Source: Paragordius varius (Eukaryota; Animalia; Nematomorpha). Taken from it: a stretch of DNA of 64,000 nucleotides. Both the position numbers and the translations under genes were made by a program. Shown here one piece after another: positions 1 through 11,300 of this stretch. The notes beneath the pieces were generated by a model. It was not told where the DNA came from and searched no databases. It worked only from the letters and a program-made list of their open reading frames with translations. Positions within the stretch are counted from its first letter, which is position 1; each line of letters begins with the position of its first letter. The stretch covers positions 3,348,001 through 3,412,000 of the forward strand of contig OZ176055.1 of NCBI GenBank assembly GCA_964247055.1. The letters run 5' to 3'.

Positions 1-129
1 CGGACTAAACAATCTTTTTTTAATATTAGTTAATAACCGCTAAATGCGTTTCTATCATTCCATAAATGGCTTATAATTAACTATTAACCCTTTTAAACCC
101 AATGAATATCTAATCAATTTTATTTATTT

Positions 130-3100
130 TTAAAGTTCATGATCATTATCAATTACCTTATTGCTTGATACTGACTTGCAAGATAAAATGGAGGAAATTG
201 AAAACCGTTTCATATAAGTCGCCCATTTATTGGCTAAAGTAGCTTCCCTTTTGTTGTTTTCAAATATGGTTCCTAATTTATTATTATTATTCTCACACAG
301 TGTGTAATTATGATTAAAATTTTTAGCTTCGTTATTATTGTTTGCGTTTATGGTATCATGGTAAAGTTTATATTTATTGATAACATTATTAACTTTTATC
401 GGATTTTCATCATCAGTGGTGTGATAAATATTTTGATTTGCGTTATGTAATTTGAATGAAACATTCAAACTTTTACGTTGTTTCATCGTTTGTTGATGTT
501 TTGATTTGTTTGTTTTCGTAACTTTGCTAAATTGAGGTGATGATTCTACATGTGCTAGGAATGAAGACTTTGACATGTTCTTCAAGTTTTTATCATAATG
601 TTTATTATTACATTGCCGAGTAAGTGACACATTTTGACACATGGGTTCATGGTGTTTCGTCGCACAATTATCTTTTGTATGCGGTGAAGCCTTGAAAAAA
701 TTAGTTAATTTATATCGTTTGTGGGATTTGCCACTATTCTTATCATAATTATCATCGGCACTTATGTTATTATTGTCATTGCTAACATTATCAATATTAT
801 CGAACATGAGTGAATCGAGTTTATTGGGCTTATTCGTTACGCCTGAGGTCATACTCATAAATGAATCGTTTGGACCATACGTATTTCCTCCCCCGGTATC
901 AGTTAACAGTAAATCATTACGGATTTTCGCTACGCGCTGTAACTTCCCCACTATGAGTACATTAGCTATGACGACAAAAATTACGGGTATTATGCGTGTG
1001 AGAAAGACCCAAGACCATTTATAAAGTACGCGGTAAGCGAAACTTTTATCAAGTACATCATTGTGTTCCCGGTAATAATTAACTATTGATGTAATTAACG
1101 TTACAGCAGTTATACGGTCTGTAAATACCAAGGGTAACCGTATGAGACGTTGTTTATAATTTAAAATATAGGAGTTTTTGAATATGCTCGTATTCCGATT
1201 ATTTACAACCGTTTTCACAGGGTATGAACAGGCAGTTTCAAGCGAAAAATTGTACGTTAACATAAGTTTACTAATGAATAATTTGTGATTTTGTTTGGTT
1301 GAAATGGTGTTACTAAGGGGTATCAAACTAACGTCAAAGCTTGAATCTACTTTATCTCCTATTTTTTCTGGCGTATCTTGATTCACTAGCTCCGAAAGGT
1401 TTGTTTTTGAAAGAGATACGTTTAAATTATCTGCGAGGATTTGAGCAATAGTATGACTATAGTTTTTGTCTTTCCCATTTAGCAACGTTGTTTCAAAATT
1501 TCTCAGAGTAAAGTAAGACCTATTTGCGTGACATTTATCAAGTTTGATGGCATCAACAAAGTTGTGTGAGGTATGATTCGATATATACAATTTTTTGACC
1601 AATAGCTCCCGTTTGGATATTACGACGTAATCTTGAGTCAGAGGAAGAGATATTATAAGTGCTACAAAGAACGATGTAAAAACCATAAGGCGAGTTCGAC
1701 TCCTGCTACACCATCGATGACATTTTAAAGGCCAATACACGGTTATCAACCTTTCAATCGCCATACTCATTGTGACAAAAGTAGATGCTGCAAATACTGT
1801 ATTAACCAAAAAGTACATGCCATACAAACGATAATATGCCCAAAATTTGGTGTTCAAGTTGAAAGTGTGTCTATCATGCTTGTAGAGACTTCGTTTCTTA
1901 TGCGTTTCCCCTAAATACTTTAGTTTTTTGCAGTAAAGTATGACGGGTGAAAGGGTTGACTCACGGCACACCAAGCTAAATATGGCGGTAAATCGGGTAT
2001 TATTGAGTTGATAAAGCGTATTTAAACGTGGTAACTTGTCTATCAAAATCTTAGCCTCGTTAATATCCTTCCCAAAGGATTTAGAATCATTCAAAGTCGT
2101 TTTTTCTGTCATGGGATCTTTTTTTGCTTTGATAGATGTAGTAGTAGGAGGAATTTTCATAGTATTATTTCGTTTCTGCCACCACCATTGCCACCAAGTA
2201 CTCAACGTTGGTTTATTACTATTACTTAAGGTGAAGTGTTCTTGGAATTCGCTTGTAGTCATATTGAGATCAAACGTATCAAATGTATAATTTTTATAGT
2301 ATGGTTTGAGATCTTCAATAGATTTAATATCCTCAGATCGAAAAGCTACAACTTTATCGAATAGGGCTCGCTTCCGTTTTCGATTGTGATGATGTGACCT
2401 GCCAAATGAAGAGTGAAAATGTATTGGGTCATGCATTTTCAAGAGTCGAGATATGAATCCTGCCCTATTGTTATGTAGAATGGATGGATCATATGGGTGA
2501 GATATGTGATATACGGATAATTGGGTTCCATTATACTTTTGCTTGACATTGCTCCCGCCCCTCATAGTAATTATGGAGAGAAAATCTTTAGGCAGTTCTG
2601 GAAGGGTTGTAGAAGAACTCCCGTCTGTTTTGAGGTACATAAGTATAGGGGATGTCGGGAATTGGTCGTTAGAGACCACCGTTGGTCTGACATCATCTTT
2701 TCCCCACAACAGCGTGGTATTATCGATAATTGTGTCATTTGTTTTACCCTTTGCTTTTTTTTCATACAGCAGTACGGGGAACGGGACGATATTTGAATTT
2801 TGAAATATACTTTCGTAAGCCGTCAAAGTGTCCTCCGAGGATTGAGTCAACGTTCGATTGAAATAATCAGTACTCACGGTTAAGCGATTGTAGTACGTCA
2901 TATGTCGATAATATATGATGGGTATAAGGGTATAAACAGTTATAGTATCTGCTATCGACATACCCCTAGAATAAAAAAATTATAAAATAGAATTTGCGTT
3001 AAAGAATAAAAATAGTTTATTGGTTTATATAACTGTAAATCTTGTTTGCCCTGACAGATATATATACCATTTACAGTTAAAATTCACCCTTAAAATTCAA

Positions 3101-3764
3101 TTCACCCTTAAACAATTCAAATTCACCCTCAGACAATTTAAATTCACCCTCAAATTAACATGTTTTTAATATTAAAAATTCTATATATTAATATATTTAA
3201 AAAATAAAATTTTGTTTTAAATTAAAATAATACTGAAAAAATAATAAATTATGCCATAAAATATTTTATATTAATAATGAGTTATATTAGTTCGAAAACA
3301 CATAATTTATTTTTAGGGTGAATTTGAATTGTTCGAGGGTGAATTTGAATTGTTCAAGGGTGAATTCGAATTGTTCGAGGGTGAATTTGAATTGTTTAAG
3401 GGTGAATTTTAACTGTAAATAGTATATTTTATAATCATGGGTGAACACAGTTAACTCTGCCAAAAAGTTAAAATTTTTTTGTTTAAAACTTTTGTGAATA
3501 ATTTTTTTACCTCATGAGAATATGGGTGACATGACGTCTCCGTGGATTGAGTAAGACACAAAGATTAAGGGTATTGCCTATCAGACCCAATAAAAGGATA
3601 AATGGTTGAACCCATCCATATGCAATGTAATATAGGTATTCGATTTGTGGCGTCCTAACCAATATACCATGAGCCTGATCTGATTGAACGATATCGGAAT
3701 ACAGGAGTTTCGGATCATTCTTAATTAAAGTTTCATTTTTAAGTAACAGGGTGGTGGCATCCAT
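130..3764 (-). CDS. Class A (rhodopsin-like) peptide GPCR, FMRFamide/myosuppressin-receptor-like; TM1-TM5 present, TM6-7 presumably beyond the left edge
   Basis: Exon 1 (3764-3511) encodes TM1 (YGWVQPFILLLGLIGNTLNLCVLL). It splices by a phase-2 GT-AG intron (3510-2966) to exon 2, giving HILMRGMSIADTITVYTLIPII (TM2). TM3 is FWAYYRLYGMYFLVNTVFAASTFVTMSMAIERL (DRY-like ERL); TM4 is LMVFTSFFVALIISLP; TM5 is VLYKWSWVFLTRIIPVIFVVIANVLIV. A good donor AAG|GTAATT at 157/156 suggests splicing before the ORF stop at 130. Confidence 0.85.
3065..3424. mobile_element. MITE family A (TA-flanked, TIR TACCATTTACA, 21-bp subterminal repeats GGGTGAATTTGAATTGTT), copy in GPCR intron 1
   Basis: TA|TACCATTTACAGTTAAAATTCACCCTT at the left and AAGGGTGAATTTTAACTGTAAATAGTA|TA at the right are inverted repeats. 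Each arm carries 4-5 tandem AATTCACCCT-containing units. Confidence 0.85.
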
Positions 3765-5569
3765 AGTTAAATTTTAATTATATCTGATTGTGGAGATTAA
3801 ATTTGGTAAATTTTTTGAGATTGTCAAAAAAAGATAATTTGAGGATCAGATAGAAATCATCAAAATTTTTAAATTTTATTATAATATGTCACGCATGATG
3901 GTGATAGTTGGGAGGACCCATTGTGTGCTACATTTCGCGTTTTTCAATTTTTGATGCTAAAAATATCCCTAAAACGTGTGAATAATTATGTTTTTCTGGA
4001 CGAATTTTCAATTAATTAAATAAAAAAATAAATAGTATTATGAAAAGTCTGTATCACACGATATAAACGAAATTGCATGCTTTAATATTCCACCCCCGAA
4101 TTAATGAGCATCATTGCAAAAATTAAGGAATCTATTATTATTTATAAAACGAAAAAATATAATAAAATAAAATTAGCTAAGTAATATAATAAAATAATTA
4201 AAAAATTAAACTTAATAAGGAACGAGCGTAGAAAAGGGATATAAAAAATTAATTAAAAACTTTACCAATCGCAATAAATAATTTGAATACTATACATACA
4301 TATATATATGTAATTTGAAATTTAATATTGGTAATAAGAATCATGGTAATCCCTCGAAAATTGATAATATATAAAATTATTTGTTTAATTTACAGAAACT
4401 TTTTAATATATCGATGATTGATGGATGTTGTTAAATTGTTAGATAATGTTGATTTAAGGATTTACTCGGGCCAGAAATATAAATGAAAAAATCATTATTT
4501 TCATAAAATTTATTGCAGTTGTACCACACAATGTAATTGTTATACAGAGTAATCTGATATATTATTTATATTTATTGTCAGTTTTTTTTATTAAAATATA
4601 ACAATAATTGATGGGGTTGACACTAGCTGTTTTTACTATCGCGACAATTAATTATTATTTATGTATATAAACAAATATCACAGAGCATTGGTTATAAAAA
4701 TGAAAATTAAAAAAATGAAAAATAATGTAAAAATCAATATAATATATATACGTACGTATATTAATATACTGATTAATTTACAAATTATTTCCGTTACTTA
4801 GGCTATTATAAATTATGAAATCATCACAAGCAAGCTTAAATTCCCAAAGGTGTCATAGTAATTCGAATTTTCGTTATAATAAAAAACCTTTTACTAAGTT
4901 AAACTTAATTCGAAATTTAACTTTGCGATCTGGAACTTCGCAACTTTATAGAAAATGATTTGATATACAAGTAAAACAAACAATCAATTCGAATTAATAT
5001 CTTTTAGTAATTTAGAAATTTTAGCCAAATAATAGGTTTTTTTTATATTTTGTTATAATTAACCAAAAAATATATTTAATATTGAACCTAAAACATGATC
5101 GCTACTGTTTTCTCTGTATCTAACTATTTTTCGTAAGATAAGGTGTTTTATATTTAATAAATTTGTAGTGTTTTCTGAGTTTAATAATATAATTTTAATT
5201 GCTCCTCCAGAATGACTGAGAGAATTTTTTTAAAATCATTCCCTCGGATCATACTCACTAGTGTGAAAATGGTTCTTATTAAAATATTTGGGGTTTTACC
5301 AAAAACGGGTACACCTATTTGATCCCCCGAGAGTTACAGAACAAATGTTTTGAATCAATAATTTTTAGTCGCTCCTTTCGAATCACGTCTGCAAAACTTT
5401 CTTCCAAAAAAATATTGTATTTTGAGATTTATTTGACTTATGAAAAGCTTGTTAGTAAGTCCTTGTTATATCTCCACGTAGGGCTTCTCTGTAAAATGCG
5501 GTTTGAAATATTTATAATCGGGTACTATACTCATTTCATATAAAATTCATTGCTGGGTAGATACTACTC

Positions 5570-5836
5570 CAGAGGCGTAGCTAGGGGGGAGGAACGGGGG
5601 TCTGATGCACCAGGCGCCATAGTTGAAGGGGCGCCGGATTTGAATATTTTTTGATTTTATTTAAAAAAAAATAGGCATTTAAAAGTTATTTTTTTGATAT
5701 AATACATAAAATACTCATTTATGAGTGGTCATGTCCGCTTGAATTTGATAATTTTTTTAAAATGCGAAGGGTTGCATGAAGAAGGATGGGGCGCTATCAC
5801 GGATTCATGCACCGAGAAGTGCAAGCTAAGCCTCTG
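5570..5836. mobile_element. hAT-like non-autonomous element (267 bp)
   Basis: Termini CAGAGGCGTAGCTAG and GCAAGCTAAGCCTCTG form an imperfect TIR. Flanks TACTACTC and TATTACTC are a 7/8 match to an 8-bp TSD, the hAT signature. Confidence 0.75.
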
Positions 5837-6607
5837 TATTACTCCGGTAGTTTAAGTGATATTGTTTTGTAGTATTATTGAGGGAACAAGTTGTATGCTT
5901 TGATTGTGTCTAAAAATATCTAAATTCTATATAAATCAATGGTTCAAAATGTTTTATTAATAATATATAAATTAGATTCATTATTTATCATCATCATTAA
6001 TCACAAAAGCTAGTAAGGCTTATAATGTATTTTTACACTTTATTACAATTTCATTTTGTATGCGCGATCATATTTCGGGTTAGTATTCTACCCCAGAGTT
6101 TGGAGTAAACGAACTGTTTTGAAATTTATTTGGATTAAAATTTAACGAACCCTCCCTGTATTATATAAAAAATACTTGTACAGTTTTAACATCTAGAGTT
6201 CCAAATCAAATATCAAAACACGATTTAAACAAACAGCTGATTAAAAATCACATAAAAATTGTTGCGAATTATAAATTAGAATATTTATGCTCTTGACCCA
6301 ATTTAAGTTTGCCTGTAAAATTAAGAAACAATAATGCGAGAAAGTTTAAATTGAATTTTTTTTGCAATACAACTACATTTTGTTTGTGCTTTATAGCTAA
6401 AAAAGCCTATAAATTTGGCCCAATTTTAATTTTTTTTTGAGATATTTTAATTTCAAACGGTCCTAGGGTATAAAACTATCCCAAAAGGTAATGATGTATT
6501 TTAAAACTTAGGGTATTATATATATTTTTTTTATATTATCTTATTTTAATATGTTATTATTATTTTATTTATTTTAAAATTACATATAGAACCCCTAATT
6601 TGATTAA

Positions 6608-7177
6608 CACTTCGATTCAAATTGGGGTATCTAAATACCCCAGACAAAATGTGATCTATATATTTTTATAAAACTACTGAAGGAAACGGACCCAATTTAA
6701 ATTTTTGCTTCTATCCTAATAAAAATTATATAAATTTATCAAAACATTTAAATAAAATTTGGTATTGAAAAAAAAAGTTCCATGTCAAACTACTTCGCCG
6801 CCATTTTTATTTTACAAAGTTTTTGCAAAAAATCGTCTTCATTTAATTTTAAGGGTAAAATTAAAGCTAATTTTTATTTATATTACATCTAGCATTGAGA
6901 GAAATAGAAAACGCGATTTATTTTGTATTTTTTTCAATTTTATCATATGTCACGTTGAGTAAATTTTTACCTTTCGGTTTTAGGTTAAAACAAGTAATAT
7001 CAAGTTTTTGAATTAATTTTTTTATATATTTCGGTTTATTAATGTTATATAAGTTCAAGATTTAGCCATTTCGATTCCTTCCATATTTTTTAAAGAATTG
7101 AATTTTTAACAGGAGTGGGGTTTTTAACTACCCCGATTTGAATCGAATGACTAAAATGAATGTGTTGTATCCAAGTG
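6608..7177 (+). mobile_element. piggyBac-like MITE, copy 1 (570 bp)
   Basis: TTAA|CACTTCGATTCAAATTGGGG ... CCCCGATTTGAATCGAA-spacer-ATCCAAGTG|TTAA. TTAA on both sides and asymmetric subterminal inverted repeats. Confidence 0.85.
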
Positions 7178-7181
7178 TTAA

Positions 7182-8335
7182 CACTTCGATTCAAATTGGG
7201 GTAGCTAAATACTCCAGACTAAATTAGATTTAGGATTACAAAAAAACTAATGAAGGAAACGGTCCCAATTAAAATTTATGCTTCTATCCTAATTCAAATT
7301 ATATAAATATGCCAAAATATCTAAATAAAATTTTGTTTTTAAAAAAATATCCATATCAAACTACTTCGACGCCATTATTATTTTACAAAATTTTGCAAAA
7401 TATCGTCTTCATTTAATTTTAACACTTGGATACAATACACTAATTTTAGTCATTCGATTCAAATTGGGGTAGTTGGATACCCCAGGCCTGTTTAAAATCA
7501 AATATTTTAAAAAGTATGGAAGGAATCGAAACCATGGCAAAATTTTGCACTTATATAACATTAATAAACCTAAATATATAAAAAATTTTATTCAAAAATA
7601 TTTGATATTAAATATTTTTAGCTAAAACCCAAAGGTAAAAATTTCGTCAACGTCACATGTTTCAAATGGTAAAATAAAAAAATAATACAGAAGAGGCGCT
7701 TTTTCTATTTCTATCAATGTTAGATGTAATTTATATTACAATTTAGCTAATCCTTGAAATTAAATGAAAGCGATATTTTGCAAAAATTTTGCAAAATAAA
7801 AATGGCGTCGAAGTAGTTTGAGATGGAACTTTTTTTTCAAAACAAAATTTTATCAAGATATTTTGGCATATTTATATAATTTTTATCAGGATAGAAGCAT
7901 AAATTTAAATTGGGACTGTTCTTCAGTAGTTTTTTAAAAATCCTAACTTAAATTTAGTCTGGGGTATTTAGATACCCCAATTTGAATCGAAGTGTTAAGG
8001 GTAAAATTAAAGCTAATTTTTTATTTAAATTACATCTAACATTGATAGAAATAGAAAAAGCGGTTCATTCTGTATTATTTTTCAATTTTACCATTGCACA
8101 CATGTCACGTTGACTAAATTTCTACTCTCGGTTTTAGCTTAAAATAAGTAATATCAAGTATTTTTGAATAAATTTTTGAATATTTTTTGGTTTATTAATG
8201 TTATATAAGTGCCCAATTTTGCCATGGTTTCGATTCCTTCCAAATATTTTAAAGTATTCAATTTTAAACAGGCCTGGGGTATTTAACTACCCCAATTTTA
8301 ATCGAAGGACAAAAATGAATGTGTTGTATCCAAGT
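7182..8335 (+). mobile_element. piggyBac-like MITE, copy 2, interrupted at an internal TTAA by copy 3
   Basis: 7182-7418 matches the first part of copy 1 and 7999-8335 matches the rest. The internal TTAA is duplicated at 7419-7422 and 7995-7998. The right end reads ATCCAAGT|AAAGG, so the terminal G and TTAA are lost. Confidence 0.85.
7423..7994 (-). mobile_element. piggyBac-like MITE, copy 3 (572 bp, inverted, nested in copy 2)
   Basis: TTAA|CACTTGGATACAATACAC ... CCCCAATTTGAATCGAAGTG|TTAA is the reverse complement of copy 1 along its length. Confidence 0.85.
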
Positions 8336-8393
8336 AAAGGAAATTTATTTCGCACCTAAATCAATCAATCAGCACATTTTTGAGTTTGTCAAT

Positions 8394-11300
8394 ATGGCGG
8401 AAAAATATTCCTCACTTGGATGGTATTTTACCAAAGATGAGTTAAACGCTACCCCTAGTATCAAGGCTGGAATGAATTATGAAAAGGAATTAATGTATAG
8501 GCAACAGTGTGCAAATCTTATTCAAGACATGGGCCAAAAATTATCCGTGTAATACATTATTTTTTGTGTCTTTATTGAATTGCTATTATCTTTATATGCG
8601 AATATTTTAGGAATCAATTGTGTATAAGCACTGCCATTGTTTATATGCATCGATTTTATATGATTCATTCTTTCACGAATTTTTCTAGACACGTAATAGT
8701 CACTTTATAAAGTTTTAGAGCATAGCCGCATGTTCCATATTTTTGGCTGCTAAAGTGGAAGAACAATTCCGTAAAGTTGAACATGTCGTTAAAGTTTTAT
8801 ATGCGTGCCAATTCAAGGAAAAAGTACAGCCGATTGATGTACATAGCGATTTATATCAATCTCTTAGTTCTGAGTTGATATTCAATGAAAGCATTTTGCT
8901 TCAAACACTTGGTAAGTAATTTTTATATATTATCTCTAAAACATATTTGTAAGTTAAAACCAAAATAAACTACTCATAATAAGGGACATGTCCATAAACC
9001 CAAAATACCTTTATATTTTTTTTTCTAGTTTAGGTTTAATAAGCTATAAAATTGATAGCTTATAATTTTTACATCTAAACTTTTCTTGGATATGAGCCAT
9101 TCACTTCATTTTTTTCAGCCGGTTTATTCACACGGCTTGGCTTAATCTAATATTTTTAATAATTTATCCAGGATTTGATATAACAATCGATCATCCGCAC
9201 TCTCACGTCGTCAAATGTTGTCAACTCATCCGGGCTCCCAAAGATTTGGCTCAAGTCAGTTACATTATGGCAACGAATAGTTTACATCTTACGCTACATT
9301 GTCTACAGTATCGTCCTTCGGTCGTTGCGTGTATTTGCATTTATATAGCTTGTAAATGGTCCAATTGGGAGGTAGTTATTTATAAAACTTTTTATTTAGG
9401 GTATATGATGGTGTGTATTAAAGTTTTTTAGACAATAGTGTAAGTTCAAAGATAAGTTGCGTTTAAGGTTTTTTTTATATAGGCGGTTTCAAAGATATGT
9501 GGCGTAAAAATTTAATTCTCGTATTTTAAGGGTAGCGGTTTAACGAAAATTTTAAAGGGCACTTTGTAAATTTTAACGCAAGATGTTAAATGTTTTGACT
9601 ATTCTCTAGTAGTCAAAAAGTAAATTGATAAGTTTTGTACAGACAGTATTTATTACTCTTTTTTTCACACATTTGTGTTGATTAAATTCAGATCCCTCGT
9701 TCGACAGAGGGCAAAGAATGGTTCTGGTACATCGATAAAGATGTCACCCTTGATGTCATACAAGGTACGTTACATTACGTTACTACATTGCTATACTGCA
9801 TCGTATTACACAATAGCCTTTAGCCATTTTCACACACTACATACACACATTTATTTTCATATTTTTTTTATAAAATACTTGAAAAGTGTTGTAAATTAAT
9901 TATTTTTTAACCAAATAGGGTAAATTATTTTAGTGAAATAATTAAAGAATGTACATCTAGTGATATTTATATGATAGAAATTTAATTGTATATGGAAAAA
10001 AAGCATGAACATCAATTGAGCATTTAAACTGGTATTAATTCAGTAAAATTATATAAAAAATAAATTTTTTATCTCAATAATCGCACAAAATTTCTAATTA
10101 TTGAAGTTTTGGGCATTGGATTGGTCGAACAATCAAATGCAGCCGTTTATAGAGTAATAAGCAGTCTTCTTTAAAACAAATTAAAAAATTTTTGTAATAA
10201 TAAATAAAGCTTACCTTTAAAAATATTTGGTGTAGAATGCTTAAAATTTTATTTTTAAAATATATCATTATTTTTTTATTCACTTTGTATGTTTTTGACT
10301 GGTTGATTTGAAAGCGCTCACATGCATCATAGTCTAAAATGCCATTAATCCTAATATTTATATAATTATTTTTGATGACATATATTTAAATGTTTAATGT
10401 TTATAAATAAATTAGGCGCTATGGAAGAATTCATGAACATTTATGCTAAAAGCCCCCACAAGCTAAAAATGAAATTGTTCAAAAAGGTATGATTAATATA
10501 TTATACAGTTTTGAGTCTCTTTTTTAAATTTAATCCGGACATGTGAAAGCTTTAACGATTAATTAATATAACAAATTTGTATTTTATACTAATTACCCTT
10601 TTTACAACAATTTTAACATTTTATTTTATTTTAACCATTTTATAAAGTCTTGTATATTTTTTGTTTTTGATAATAATTAAAATTTATATAATTATGAACT
10701 ATTTAGTCGTCGTCCCCACCCCCTAGTATCTCAGGAAATCTTTCGGGGGGAAATGCAACAAACAACTCCACCATTGCTCAAAACGATGATACGGACAATA
10801 TTTTTGATAATAATGATGAGAAATCTGCGCTAACTTCTTTTGAAGATACTACATCAACTTCAGAGTTATTAAATGAAAAACCCAATTCCAAACATACAAC
10901 CAAAACGACAGAAAAGGCGGTTGTAAATGATGACACAAGTCCTGTTAAAAACACTAATAATAATGAAAATGAGAATGAGACACAACATTCTAACTCACTT
11001 TTATTTGGGAAATTGGATGAGTTTGAAAAAATTTTACATGGGTCTTCAACTACGTCGAAATCATCATATTTGGACAAAGACATTTGTACTACAAGTGCTG
11101 CTGCTGCTGCTTATCTCAAAATGAGTAAAGATGTGCTAGGGTACACTTCAAGCCCGATAAAACCTTTTTTGTCTCACAATCATAAAGAACAATCTGGAAA
11201 AACGATTGGTGAATCCGAAAGTATAAAAAACACTAATAGTAGTCCACCATTAAAAGGCGTGAAACGTCCACACCCTAACATTATAAATAATAATAATAAC

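Noticed and set aside
130-156. ORF-track stop at 130 as the true GPCR C-terminus
   Set aside because: TM6-7 would be missing, and a strong donor at 157/156 suggests splicing to exons beyond the window.
764-2803. Short plus-strand ORFs opposite the GPCR; also antisense ORFs over EXOC8, OPA3 and ETS (e.g. 32834-33409, 62465-62764)
   Set aside because: They are shadow frames of long coding exons with no recognisable motifs or splice support.
3301-3420. 21-bp direct repeats that could be mistaken for a CRISPR-like array or satellite
   Set aside because: There are no unique spacers, the context is eukaryotic, and the repeats are mirrored subterminal units of a MITE.
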